The translations under genes were made by a program, and so were the position numbers. The notes beneath the pieces were generated by a model. That model made no database searches, was not told the DNA's origin, and saw only the letters and a program-made list of their open reading frames with translations. 64,000 nucleotides of DNA from Eledone cirrhosa (lineage: Eukaryota), in the NCBI GenBank assembly GCA_964016885.1, contig CAXHJY010000392.1, positions 31,001 through 95,000 of the forward strand, written 5' to 3'. Within the stretch, counting starts at the first letter, position 1. Every line of letters starts with the position of its first letter. Of the stretch, positions 26,701-39,700 are shown one piece after another.

Positions 26701-29700
26701 ACCTCGTCTTCCCTCAAAACTTCGTTCTTCACCAAGCTATCTTTCTCTACCTTGTCTTCCCCCAAAACTTCGTTCTTCACCAAGTCATCTTTCTCTACCT
26801 TGTCTTCCCTCAAAACTTCGTTCTTCACCAAGATATCTTTCTCTACCTTGTCTTCCCCTAAAACTTCGTTCTTCACCAAGCTATCTTTCTCTACCTTGTC
26901 TTCCCCCAAAACTTCGTTCTTCACCAAGCTATCTTTCTCTACCTTGTCTTCCCCCAAAACTTCGTTCTTCACCAAGCTATCTTTCTCTACCTTGTCTTCC
27001 CTCAAAACGTCGTTCTTCACCAAGCTATCTTTCTCTACCTTGTCTTCCCCCAAAACTTCGTTCTTCACCAAGCTATCTTTCTCTACCTCGTCTTCCCTCA
27101 AAACTTCGTTCTTCACCAAGCTATCTTTCTCTACCTTGTCTTCCCACAAAACGTCATTCTTCACCAAGCTATCTTTCTCTAACTTGTCTTCCCTCAAAAC
27201 GTCGTTCTTCACCAAGCAATCTTTCTCTACCTTGTCTTCCCCCAAAACTTCGTTCTTCACCAAGCTATCTTTCTCTACCTTGTCTTCCCCCAAAACTTCG
27301 TTCTTCACCAAGCTATCTTTCTCTACCTTGTCTTCCCCCAAAATTTCGTTCTTCAGCAAGCTATCTTTCTCTACCTTGTCTTCCCACAAAACGTCGTTCT
27401 TCACCAAGCTATCTTTCTCTACCTTGTCTTCCCTCAAAACGTCGTTCTTCACCAAGCTATATTTCTCTACCTTGTCTTCCCTCAAAACATCGTTCTTCAC
27501 CAAGCTATCTTTCTCTACCTTGTCTTCTCCCAAAACTTCGTTATTCACCAAGCTATCTTTCTCTACCTTGTCTTCCCTCAAAACTTCGTTCTTCACCAAG
27601 CTATCTTTCTCTACCTTGTCTTCTCTCAAAACATCGTTCTTCACCAAGCTATCTTTCTCTACCTTGTCTTCCCTCAAAACTTCGTTCTTCACCAAGCTAT
27701 CTTTCTCTACCTTGTCTTCCCCCAAAACTTCGTTCTTCACCAAGCTATCTTTCTCTACCTTGTCTTCTCCCAAAACTTCGTTATTCACCAAGCTATCTTT
27801 CTCTACCTTGTCTTCCCTCAAAACTTCGTTCTTCACCAAGCTATCTTTCTCTACCTTGTCTTCCCCCAAAACTTCGTTCTTCACCAAGTCATCTTTCTCT
27901 ACCTTGTCATCCCTCAAAACTTTGTTCTTCACCAATCTATCTTTCTCTACCTTGTCTTCCCCCAAAACTTCGTTCTTCACCAAGCTATCTTTCTCTACCT
28001 TGTCTTCCCCCAAAACTTCTTTCTTCACCAAGTCATCTTTCTCTACCTTGTCATCCTTCAAAACTTCATTCTTCACCAATCTATCTTTCTCTGCCTTGTC
28101 TTCCCCCAAAACTTCGTTCTTCACCAAGCTATCTTTCTCTACCTTGTCTTCACACAAAACTTCGTTCTTCACCAAGCTATCTTTCTCTACCTTGTCTTCC
28201 CACAAAACGTCATTCTTCACCAAGCTATCTTTCTCTACCTTGTCCTCCGTCAAAACTTCTTTCTTCACCAAGATATCTTTCTCTACCTTGTCTTCTCCCA
28301 AAACTTCGTTCTTCACCAAGCTATCTTTCTCTACCTTGTCTTCCCCGAAAACTTCGTTCTTCACCAAGCTATCTTTCTCTACATTGTCTTCCCCAAAACT
28401 TCGTTCTTCACAAAGCTATCTTTCTCTACCTTGTCTTTCATCAAAACGTCGTTCTTCACCAAGCTCTCTTTCTCTACCTTGTCTTCCCCCAAAACTTCGT
28501 TCTTCGCCAAGCTATCTTTCTCTACCTTGTCTTCCCCCAAAACTTCGTTCTTCACCAAGCTATCTTTCTCTACCTTGTCTTCCCACAAAACGTCGTTCTT
28601 CACCAAGCTATCTTTCTCTACCTTGTCTTCCCTCAAAACGTCGTTCTTCACCAAGCTATCTTTCTCTACCTTGTCTTCCCCCAAAACTTCGTTCTTCACC
28701 AAGCTATCTTTCTCTACCTTGTCTTCTCCCAAAACTTCGTTATTCACCAAGCTATCTTTCTCTACCTTGTCTTCCCTCAAAACTTCGTTCTTCACCAAGC
28801 TATCTTTCTCTACCTTGTCTTCCCCCAAAACTTCGTTCTTCACCAAGTCATCTTTCTCTACCTTGTCATCCCTCAACACTTTGTTCTTCACCAATCTATC
28901 TTTCTCTACCTTGTCTTCCCCCAAAACTTCGTTCTTCACCAAGCTATCTTTCTCTAGCTTGTCTTCACACAAAACTTCGTTCTTCACCAAGCTATCTTTC
29001 TCTACCTTGTCTTCCCACAAAACGTCATTCTTCACCAAGCTATCTTTCTCTACCTTGTCTTCCGTCAGAACTTCGTTCTTCACCAAGATATCTTTCTCTA
29101 CCTTGTCTTCTCCCAAAACTTCGTTCTTCACCAAGCTATCTTTCTCTACCTTGTCTTCCCTCAGAACTTCGTTCTTCACCAAGCTATCTTTCTCTACCTT
29201 GTCTTCCCCGAAAACTTCGTTCTTCACCAAGCTATCTTTCTCTACATTGTCTTCCCCAAAACTTCGTTCTTCACCAAGCTATCTTTCTCTACCTTGTCTT
29301 TCATCAAAACGTCGTTCTTCACCAAGCTCTCTTTCTCTACCTTGTCTTCCCCCAAAACTTCGTTCTTCGCCAAGCTATCTTTCTCTACCTTGTCTTCCCC
29401 CAAAACTTCGTTCTTCACCAAGCTATCTTTCTCTACCTTGTCTTCCCACAAAACGTCGTTCTTCACCAAGCTATCTTTCTCTACCTTGTCGTCCCTCAAA
29501 ACGTCGTTCTTCACCAAGCTATCTTTCTCTACCTTGTCTTCTCCCAAAACTTCGTTATTCACCAAGCTATCTTTCTCTACCTTGTCTTCCCTCAAAACTT
29601 CGTTCTTCACCAAGCTATCTTTCTCTACCTTGTCTTCCCCCAAAACTTCGTTCTTCACCAAGTCATCTTTCTCTACCTTGTCATCCCTCAAAACTTTGTT

Positions 29701-31420
29701 CTTCACCAATCTATCTTTCTCTACCTTGTCTTCCCCCAAAACTTCGTTCTTCACCAAGCTATCTTTCTCTAGCTTGTCTTCACACAAAACTTCGTTCTTC
29801 ACCAAGCTATCTTTCTCTACCTTGTCTTCCCACAAAACGTCATTCTTCACCAAGCTATCTTTCTCTACCTTGTCTTCCGTCAAAACTTCGTTCTTCACCA
29901 AGATATCTTTCTCTACCTTGTCTCCTCCCAAAACTTCGTTCTTCACCAAGCTATCTTTCTCTACCTTGTCTTCCCTCAGAACTTCGTTCTTCACCAAGCT
30001 ATCTTTCTCTACCTTGTCTTCCCCCAAAACTTCGTTCTTCACCAAGCTATCTTTCTCTACATTGTCTTCCCCAAAACTTCGTTCTTCACCAAGCTACTTT
30101 TCACGACCTTGTCTTCCCTCAAAACGTCGTTCTTCACCAAGCTATCTTTCTCTACCTCGTCTTCCCCCAAACTTCGTTCTTCACCAAGCTATCTTTCCCT
30201 ACCTTGTCTTCCCCCAAAACTTCGTTCTTCACCAAGCTATCTTTCTCTACCTCGTCTTCCCTCAAAACTTTGTTCTTCACCAAGCTATCTTTCTCTACCT
30301 TGTCTTCCCCCAAAACTTCGTTCTTCACCAAGCTATCTTTCTCTACCTTGTCTTCCCCCAAAACTTCGTTCTTCACCAAGCTATCTTTCTCTACCTTGTC
30401 TTCCCTCAAAACGTCGTTCTTCACCAAGCTATCGTTCTCTACCTTGTCTTCCCCCAACACTTCGTTCTTCACCAAGCTATCTTTCTCTACCTTGTCTTCC
30501 CCCAAAACGTCGTTCTTCACCAAGCTATCTTTCTCTACCTCGTCTTCCCTCAAAACTTCGTTCTTCACCAAGCTATCTTTCTCTACCTTGTCTTCCCCCA
30601 AAACTTCGTTCTTCACCAAGTCATCTTTCTCTACCTTGTCTTCCCTCAAAACTTCGTTCTTCACCAAGATATCTTTCTCTACCTTGTCTTCCCCTAAAAC
30701 TTCGTTCTTCACCAAGCTATCTTTCTCTACCTTGTCTTCCCCCAAAACTTCGTTCTTCACCAAGCTATCTTTCTCTACCTTGTCTTCCCCCAAAACTTCG
30801 TTCTTCACCAAGCTATCTTTCTCTACCTTGTCTTCCCTCAAAACGTCGTTCTTCACCAAGCTATCTTTCTCTACCTTGTCTTCCCCCAAAACTTCGTTCT
30901 TCACCAAGCTATCTTTCTCTACCTCGTCTTCCCTCAAAACTTCGTTCTTCACCAAGCTATCTTTCTCTACCTTGTCTTCCCACAAAACGTCATTCTTCAC
31001 CAAGCTATCTTTCTCTAACTTGTCTTCCCTCAAAACGTCGTTCTTCACCAAGCAATCTTTCTCTACCTTGTCTTCCCCCAAAACTTCGTTCTTCACCAAG
31101 CTATCTTTCTCTACCTTGTCTTCCCCCAAAACTTCGTTCTTCACCAAGCTATCTTTCTCTACCTTGTCTTCCCCCAAAATTTCGTTCTTCAGCAAGCTAT
31201 CTTTCTCTACCTTGTCTTCCCACAAAACGTCGTTCTTCACCAAGCTATGTTTCTCTACCTTGTCTTCCCTCAAAACGTCGTTCTTCACCAAGCTATATTT
31301 CTCTACCTTGTCTTCCCTCAAAACATCGTTCTTCACCAAGCTATCTTTCTCTACCTTGTCTTCTCCCAAAACTTCGTTATTCACCAAGCTATCTTTCTCT
31401 ACCTTGTCTTCCCTCAAAAC
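23770..31420. repeat. Tandem duplication of a 3,836-bp (80-monomer) block
   Basis: ORF pairs 24543/28379, 24595/28431, 25406/29242, 26273/30109 and 26316/30152 differ by 3,836 = 80x48-4. Private variants are TGTCCTCCGTC (~24,405/~28,241), TTCACAAAGC (~24,571/~28,407) and CAACACTTTG (~25,038/~28,874). Confidence 0.93.
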
Positions 31421-33680
31421 TTCGTTCTTCACCAAGCTATCTTTCTCTACCTTGTCTTCCCCCAAAACTTCGTTCTTCACCAAGCTATCTTTCTCTACCT
31501 TGTCTTCCCCCAAAACTTCGTTCTTCACCAAGCTATCTTTCTCTAGCTTGTCTTCACACAAAACTTCGTTCTTCACCAAGCTATCTTTCTCTACCTTGTC
31601 TTCCCACAAAACGTCATTCTTCACCAAGCTATCTTTCTCTACCTTGTCTTCCCACAAAACGTCGTTCTTCACCAAGCTATGTTTCTCTACCTTGTCTTCC
31701 CTCAAAACGTCGTTCTTCACCAAGCTATATTTCTCTACCTTGTCTTCCCTCAAAACATCGTTCTTCACCAAGCTATCTTTCTCTACCTTGTCTTCTCCCA
31801 AAACTTCGTTATTCACCAAGCTATCTTTCTCTACCTTGTCTTCCCTCAAAACTTCGTTCTTCACCAAGCTATCTTTCTCTACCTTGTCTTCCCCCAAAAC
31901 TTCGTTCTTCACCAAGCTATCTTTCTCTACCTTGTCTTCCCCCAAAACTTCGTTCTTCACCAAGCTATCTTTCTCTAGCTTGTCTTCACACAAAACTTCG
32001 TTCTTCACCAAGCTATCTTTCTCTACCTTGTCTTCCCACAAAACGTCATTCTTCACCAAGCTATCTTTCTCTACCTTGTCTTCCGTCGAAATTCGTTCTT
32101 CACCAAGATATCTTTCTCTACCTTCTTTTCTCCCAAAACTTCGTTCTTCACCAAGCTATCTTTCTCTACCTTGTCTTCCCTCAGAACTTCGTTCTTCACC
32201 AAGCTATCTTTCTCTACCTTGTCTTCCCCCAAAACTTCGTTCTTCACCAAGCTATCTTTCTCTACCTTGTCTTCCCTCAAAACGTCGTTCTTCACCAAGC
32301 TATCGTTCTCTACCTTGTCTTCCCCCAACACTTCGTTCTTCACCAAGCTATCTTTCTCTACCTTGTCTTCCCCCAAAACGTCGTTCTTCACCAAGCTATC
32401 TTTCTCTACCTCGTCTTCCCTCAAAACTTCGTTCTTCACCAAGCTATCTTTCTCTACCTTGTCTTCCCCCAAAACTTCGTTCTTCACCAAGTCATCTTTC
32501 TCTACCTTGTCTTCCCTCAAAACTTCGTTCTTCACCAAGATATCTTTCTCTACCTTGTCTTCCCCTAAAACTTCGTTCTTCACCAAGCTATCTTTCTCTA
32601 CCTTGTCTTCCCCCAAAACTTCGTTCTTCACCAAGCTATCTTTCTCTACCTTGTCTTCCCCCAAAACTTCGTTCTTCACCAAGCTATCTTTCTCTACCTT
32701 GTCTTCCCTCAAAACGTCGTTCTTCACCAAGCTATCTTTCTCTACCTTGTCTTCCCCCAAAACTTCGTTCTTCACCAAGCTATCTTTCTCTACCTCGTCT
32801 TCCCTCAAAACTTCGTTCTTCACCAAGCTATCTTTCTCTACCTTGTCTTCCCACAAAACGTCATTCTTCACCAAGCTATCTTTCTCTAACTTGTCTTCCC
32901 TCAAAACGTCGTTCTTCACCAAGCAATCTTTCTCTACCTTGTCTTCCCCCAAAACTTCGTTCTTCACCAAGCTATCTTTCTCTACCTTGTCTTCCCCCAA
33001 AACTTCGTTCTTCACCAAGCTATCTTTCTCTACCTTGTCTTCCCCCAAAATTTCGTTCTTCAGCAAGCTATCTTTCTCTACCTTGTCTTCCCACAAAACG
33101 TCGTTCTTCACCAAGCTATGTTTCTCTACCTTGTCTTCCCTCAAAACGTCGTTCTTCACCAAGCTATATTTCTCTACCTTGTCTTCCCTCAAAACATCGT
33201 TCTTCACCAAGCTATCTTTCTCTACCTTGTCTTCTCCCAAAACTTCGTTATTCACCAAGCTATCTTTCTCTACCTTGTCTTCCCTCAAAACTTCGTTCTT
33301 CACCAAGCTATCTTTCTCTACCTTGTCTTCCCCCAAAACTTCGTTCTTCACCAAGCTATCTTTCTCTACCTTGTCTTCCCCCAAAACTTCGTTCTTCACC
33401 AAGCTATCTTTCTCTAGCTTGTCTTCACACAAAACTTCGTTCTTCACCAAGCTATCTTTCTCTACCTTGTCTTCCCACAAAACGTCATTCTTCACCAAGC
33501 TATCTTTCTCTACCTTGTCTTCCGTCGAAATTCGTTCTTCACCAAGATATCTTTCTCTACCTTCTTTTCTCCCAAAACTTCGTTCTTCACCAAGCTATCT
33601 TTCTCTACCTTGTCTTCCCTCAGAACTTCGTTCTTCACCAAGCTATCTTTCTCTACCTTGTCTTCCCTCAAAACTTCGTT
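30370..33680. repeat. Nested duplication: 1,439-bp (30-monomer) period with an extra internal 432-bp (9-monomer) duplication in the first copy
   Basis: The private variant CTATGTTTC occurs at 31,247, 31,679 and 33,118 (offsets 432 and 1,439). ORFs 32071/33510 and 32171/33610 differ by 1,439. ATCGTTCTC at ~30,431 and ~32,302 differ by 1,871 = 1,439+432. Confidence 0.88.
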
Positions 33681-35449
33681 CTTCACCAAGCTATATTTCT
33701 CTACCTTGTCTTCCCCCAAAACTTCGTTCTTCACCAAGCTATCTTTCTCTACCTTGTCTTCCCCCAAAACTTCGTTCTTCACCAAGCTATCTTTCTCTAC
33801 CTTGTCTTCCCCTAAAACTTCTTTCTTCACCAAGTCATCTTTCTCTACCTTGTCATCCCTCAAAACTTCGTTCTTCACCAATCTATCTTTCTCTGCCTTG
33901 TCTTCCCCCAAAACTTCGTTCTTCACCAAGCTATCTTTCTCTACCTTGTCTTTACACAAAACTTCGTTCTTCACCAAGCTATCTTTCTCTACCTTGTCTT
34001 CCCACAACACGTCATTCTTCACCAAGCTATCTTTCTCTACCTTGTCTTCCGTCAAAACTTCGTTCTTCACCAAGATATCTTTCTCTACCTTGTCTTCTCC
34101 CAAAACTTCGTTCTTCACCAAGCTATCTTTCTCTACCTTGTCTTCCCTCAAAACGTCGTTCTTCACCAAGCTATCTTTCTCTACCTTGTCTTCCCTCAAA
34201 ACATCGTTCTTCACCAAGCTATCTTTCTCTACCTTGTCTTCTCCCAAAACTTCGTTATTCACCAAGCTATCTTTCTCTACCTTGTCTTCCCTCAAAACTT
34301 CGTTCTTCACCAAGCTATCTTTCTCTACCTTGTCTTCCCCCAAAACTTCGTTCTTCACCAAGCTATCTTTCTCTACCTTGTCTTCCCCCAAAACTTCGTT
34401 CTTCACCAAGCTATCTTTCTCTAGCTTGTCTTCACACAAAACTTCGTTCTTCACCAAGCTATCTTTCTCTACCTTGTCTTCCCACAAAACGTCATTCTTC
34501 ACCAAGCTATCTTTCTCTACCTTGTCTTCCGTCGAAATTCGTTCTTCACCAAGATATCTTTCTCTACCTTGTTTTCTCCCAAAACTTCGTTCTTCACCAA
34601 GCTATCTTTCTCTACCTTGTCTTCCCTCAGAACTTCGTTCTTCACCAAGCTATCTTTCTCTACCTTGTCTTCCCTCAAAACGTCGTTCTTCACCAAGCTA
34701 TCTTTCTCTACCTTGTCTTCCCTCAAAACATCGTTCTTCACCAAGCTATCTTTCTCTACCTTGTCTTCTCCCAAAACTTCGTTCTTCACCAAGCTATCTT
34801 TCTCTACCTTGTCTTCTCCCAAAACTTCGTTATTCACCAAGCTATCTTTCTCTACCTTGTCTTCCGTCAAAACTTCGTTCTTCACCAAGATATCTTTCTC
34901 TAGCTTGTCTCCTCCCAAAACTTCGTTCTTCACCAAGCTATCTTTCTCTACCTTGTCTTCCCTCAGAACTTCGTTCTTCACCAAGCTATCTTTCTCTACC
35001 TTGTCTTCCCCCAAAACTTCGTTCTTCACCAAGCTATCTTTCTCTACATTGTCTTCCCCAAAACTTCGTTCTTCACCAAGCTATTTTTCACGACCTTGTC
35101 TTCCCTCAAAACGTCGTTCTTCACCAAGCTATCTTTCTCTACCTTGTCTTCCCCCAAACTTCGTTCTTCACCAAGCTATCTTTCTCTACCTTGTCTTCCC
35201 CCAAAACTTCGTTCTTCACCAAGCTATCTTTCTCTACCTCGTCTTCCCTCAAAACTTTGTTCTTCACCAAGCTATCTTTCTCTACCTTGTCTTCCCCCAA
35301 AACTTCGTTCTTCACCAAGCTATCTTTCTCTACCTTGTCTTCCCCCAAAACTTCGTTCTTCACCAAGCTATCTTTCTCTACCTTGTCTTCCCTCAAAACG
35401 TCGTTCTTCACCAAGCTATCGTTCTCTACCTTGTCTTCCCCCAAAACTT

Positions 35450-36750
35450 CGTTCTTCACCAAGCTATCTTTCTCTACCTTGTCTTCCCCCAAAACGTCGT
35501 TCTTCACCAAGCTATCTTTCTCTACCTTGTCTTCCCCCAAAACTTCGTTCTTCACCAAGCTATCTTTCTCTACCTTGTCTTCCCCTAAAACTTCGTTCTT
35601 CACCAAGCTATCTTTCTCTACCTTATCTTCCCCCAAAACTTCGTTCTTCACCAAGCTATCTTTCTCTACCTTGTCTTCCCCCAAAACTTCGTTCTTCACC
35701 AAGCTATCTTTCTCTACCTTGTCTTCCCTCAAAACGTCGTTCTTCACCAAGCTATCTTTCTCTACCTTGTCTTCCCCCAAAACTTCGTTCTTCACCAAGC
35801 TATCTTTCTCTACCTCGTCTTCCCTCAAAACTTCGTTCTTCACCAAGCTATCTTTCTCTACCTTGTCTTCCCACAAAACGTCATTCTTCACCAAGCAATC
35901 TTTCTCTAACTTGTCTTCCCTCAAAACGTCGTTCTTCACCAAGCTATCTTTCTCTACCTTGTCTTCCCCCAAAACTTCGTTCTTCACCAAGCTATCTTTC
36001 TCTACCTTGTCTTCCCCCAAAACTTCGTTCTTCACCAAGCTATCTTTCTCTACCTTGTCTTCCCTCAAAACGTCGTTCTTCACCAAGCTATCTTTCTCTA
36101 CCTTGTCTTCCCCCAAAACTTCGTTCTTCACCAAGCTATCTTTCTCTACCTCGTCTTCCCTCAAAACTTCGTTCTTCACCAAGCTATCTTTCTCTACCTT
36201 GTCTTCCCCCAAAACGTCGTTCTTCACCAAGCTATCTTTCTCTACCTTGTCTTCCCCCAAAACTTCGTTCTTCACCAAGCTATCTTTCTCTACCTTGTCT
36301 TCCCCTAAAACTTCGTTCTTCACCAAGCTATCTTTCTCTACCTTATCTTCCCCCAAAACTTCGTTCTTCACCAAGCTATCTTTCTCTACCTTGTCTTCCC
36401 CCAAAACTTCGTTCTTCACCAAGCTATCTTTCTCTACCTTGTCTTCCCTCAAAACGTCGTTCTTCACCAAGCTATCTTTCTCTACCTTGTCTTCCCCCAA
36501 AACTTCGTTCTTCACCAAGCTATCTTTCTCTACCTCGTCTTCCCTCAAAACTTCGTTCTTCACCAAGCTATCTTTCTCTACCTTGTCTTCCCACAAAACG
36601 TCATTCTTCACCAAGCAATCTTTCTCTAACTTGTCTTCCCTCAAAACGTCGTTCTTCACCAAGCTATCTTTCTCTACCTTGTCTTCCCCCAAAACTTCGT
36701 TCTTCACCAAGCTATCTTTCTCTACCTTGTCTTCCCCCAAAACTTCGTTC
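35450..36750. repeat. Duplication with 720-bp (15-monomer) offset
   Basis: Printed lines 35,521-35,941 match lines 36,241-36,661, including the rare GTCATTCTTCACCAAGCAATC...CTAACTTG variant combination. Confidence 0.9.
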
Positions 36751-39700
36751 TTCGCAAGCTATCTTTCTCTACCTTGTCTTCCCCCAAAACTTCGTTCTTC
36801 AGCAAGCTATCTTTCTCTACCTTGTCTTCCCCTAAAACTTCGTTCTTCACCAAGCTATCTTTCTCTACCTCGTCTTCCCACAAAACGTCGTTCTTCACCA
36901 AGCTATCTTTCTCTACCTTGTCTTCCCTCAAAACGTCGTTCTTCACCAAGCTATCTTTCTCTACCTTGTCTTCCCTCAAAACATCGTTCTTCACCAAGCT
37001 ATCTTTCTCTACCTTGTCTTCCCCCAAAACTTCGTTCTTCACCAAGCTATCTTTCTCTAGCTTGTCTTCACACAAAACTTCGTTCTTCACCAAGCTATCT
37101 TTCTCTACCTTGTCTTCCCACAAAACGTCATTCTTCACCAAGCTATCTTTCTCTACCTTGTCTTCCGTCGAAACTTCGTTCTTCACCAAGATATCTTTCT
37201 CTACCTTGTTTTCTCCCAAAACTTCGTTCTTCACCAAGCTATCTTTCTCTAGCTTGTCTTCACACAAAACTTCGTTCTTCACCAAGCTATCTTTCTCTAC
37301 CTTGTCTTCCCACAAAACGTCATTCTTCACCAAGCTATCTTTCTCTACCTTGTCTTCCGTCGAAACTTCGTTCTTCACCAAGATATCTTTCTCTACCTTG
37401 TTTTCTCCCAAAACTTCGTTCTTCACCAAGCTATCTTTCTCTACCTTGTCTTGCCTCAGAACTTCGTTCTTCAACAAGCTATCTTTCTCTACCTTGTCTT
37501 CCCTAAAAACGTCGTTCTTCACCAAGCTATCTTTCTCTACCTTGTCTTCCCTCAAAACATCGTTCTTCACCAAGCTATCTTTCTCTACCTTGTCTTCACA
37601 CAAAACTTCGTTCTTCACCAAGCTATCTTTCTCTACCTTGTCTTCCCACAAAACGTCATTCTTCACCAAGCTATCTTTCTCTACCTTGTCTTCCGTCAAA
37701 ACTTCGTTCTTCACCAAGATATCTTTCTCTACCTTGTCTTCTCCCAAAACTTCGTTCTTCACCAAGCTATCTTTCTCTACCTTGTCTTCCCTCAGAAATT
37801 CGTTCTTCACCAAGCTATATTTCTCTACCTTGTCTTCCTCCAAAACGTCGTTCTTCACCAAGCTATCTTTCTCTACATTGTCTTCCCCAAAACTTCGTTC
37901 TTCACCAAGCTATCTTTCTCTACCTTGTCTTTCATCAAAACGTCGTTCTTCACCAAGCTCTCTTTCTCTACCTTGTCTTCCCCCAAAACTTCTTTCTTCA
38001 CCAAGCTATCTTTCTCTACCTTGAATTCCCCCAAAACTTCGTTCTTCACCAATCTATCTTTCTCTGCCTTGTCTTCCCCCAAAACTTCGTTCTTCACCAA
38101 GCTATCTTTCTTTACCTTGTCTTCACACAAAACTTCGTTCTTCACCAAGCTATCTTTCTCTACCTTGTCTTCCCACAAAACGTCATTCTTCACCAAGTTA
38201 TCTTTCACTACCTTGTCTTCCGTCAAAACTTCTTTCTTCACCAAGATATCTTTCTCTACCTTGTCTTCTCCCAAAACTTCGTTCTTCACCAAGCTATCTT
38301 TCTCTACCTTGTCTTCCCTCAGAACTTCGTTCTTCACCAAGCTATCTTTCTCTACCTTGTCTTCCCCGAAAACTTCGTTCTTCACCAAGCTATCTTTCTC
38401 TACATTGTCTTCCCCAAAACTTCGTTCTTCACCAAGCTATCTTTCTCTACCTTGTCTTTCATCAAAACGTCGTTCTTCACCAAGCTCTCTTTCTCTACCT
38501 TGTCTTCCCCCAAAACTTCGTTCTTCGCCAAGCTATCTTTCTCTACCTTGTCTTCCCCCAAAACTTCGTTCTTCACCAAGCTATCTTTCTCTACCTTGTC
38601 TTCCCACAAAACGTCGTTCTTCACCAAGCTATCTTTCTCTACCTTGTCTTCCCTCAAAACGTCGTTCTTCACCAAGCTATCTTTCTCTACCTTGTCTTCT
38701 CTCAAAACATCGTTCTTCACCAAGCTATCTTTCTCTACCTTGTCTTCCCTCAAAACTTCGTTCTTCACCAAGCTATCTTTCTCTACCTTGTCTTCCCCCA
38801 AAACTTCGTTCTTCACCAAGCTATCTTTCTCTACCTTGTCTTCTCCCAAAACTTCGTTATTCACCAAGCTATCTTTCTCTACCTTGTCTTCCCTCAAAAC
38901 TTCGTTCTTCACCAAGCTATCTTTCTCTACCTTGTCTTCCCCCAAAACTTCGTTCTTCACCAAGTCATCTTTCTCTACCTTGTCATCCCTCAAAACTTTG
39001 TTCTTCACCAATCTATCTTTCTCTACCTTGTCTTCCCCCAAAACTTCGTTCTTCACCAAGCTATCTTTCTCTACCTTGTCTTCCCCCAAAACTTCTTTCT
39101 TCACCAAGTCATCTTTCTCTACCTTGTCATCCTTCAAAACTTCATTCTTCACCAATCTATCTTTCTCTGCCTTGTCTTCCCCCAAAACTTCGTTCTTCAC
39201 CAAGCTATCTTTCTCTACCTTGTCTTCACACAAAACTTCGTTCTTCACCAAGCTATCTTTCTCTACCTTGTCTTCCCACAAAACGTCATTCTTCACCAAG
39301 CTATCTTTCTCTACCTTGTCTTCCGTCAAAACTTCTTTCTTCACCAAGATATCTTTCTCTACCTTGTCTTCTCCCAAAACTTCGTTCTTCACCAAGCTAT
39401 CTTTCTCTACCTTGTCTTCCCCGAAAACTTCGTTCTTCACCAAGCTATCTTTCTCTACATTGTCTTCCCCAAAACTTCGTTCTTCACCAAGCTATCTTTC
39501 TCTACCTTGTCTTTCATCAAAACGTCGTTCTTCACCAAGCTCTCTTTCTCTACCTTGTCTTCCCCCAAAACTTCGTTCTTCGCCAAGCTATCTTTCTCTA
39601 CCTTGTCTTCCCCCAAAACTTCGTTCTTCACCAAGCTATCTTTCTCTACCTTGTCTTCCCACAAAACGTCGTTCTTCACCAAGCTATCTTTCTCTACCTT

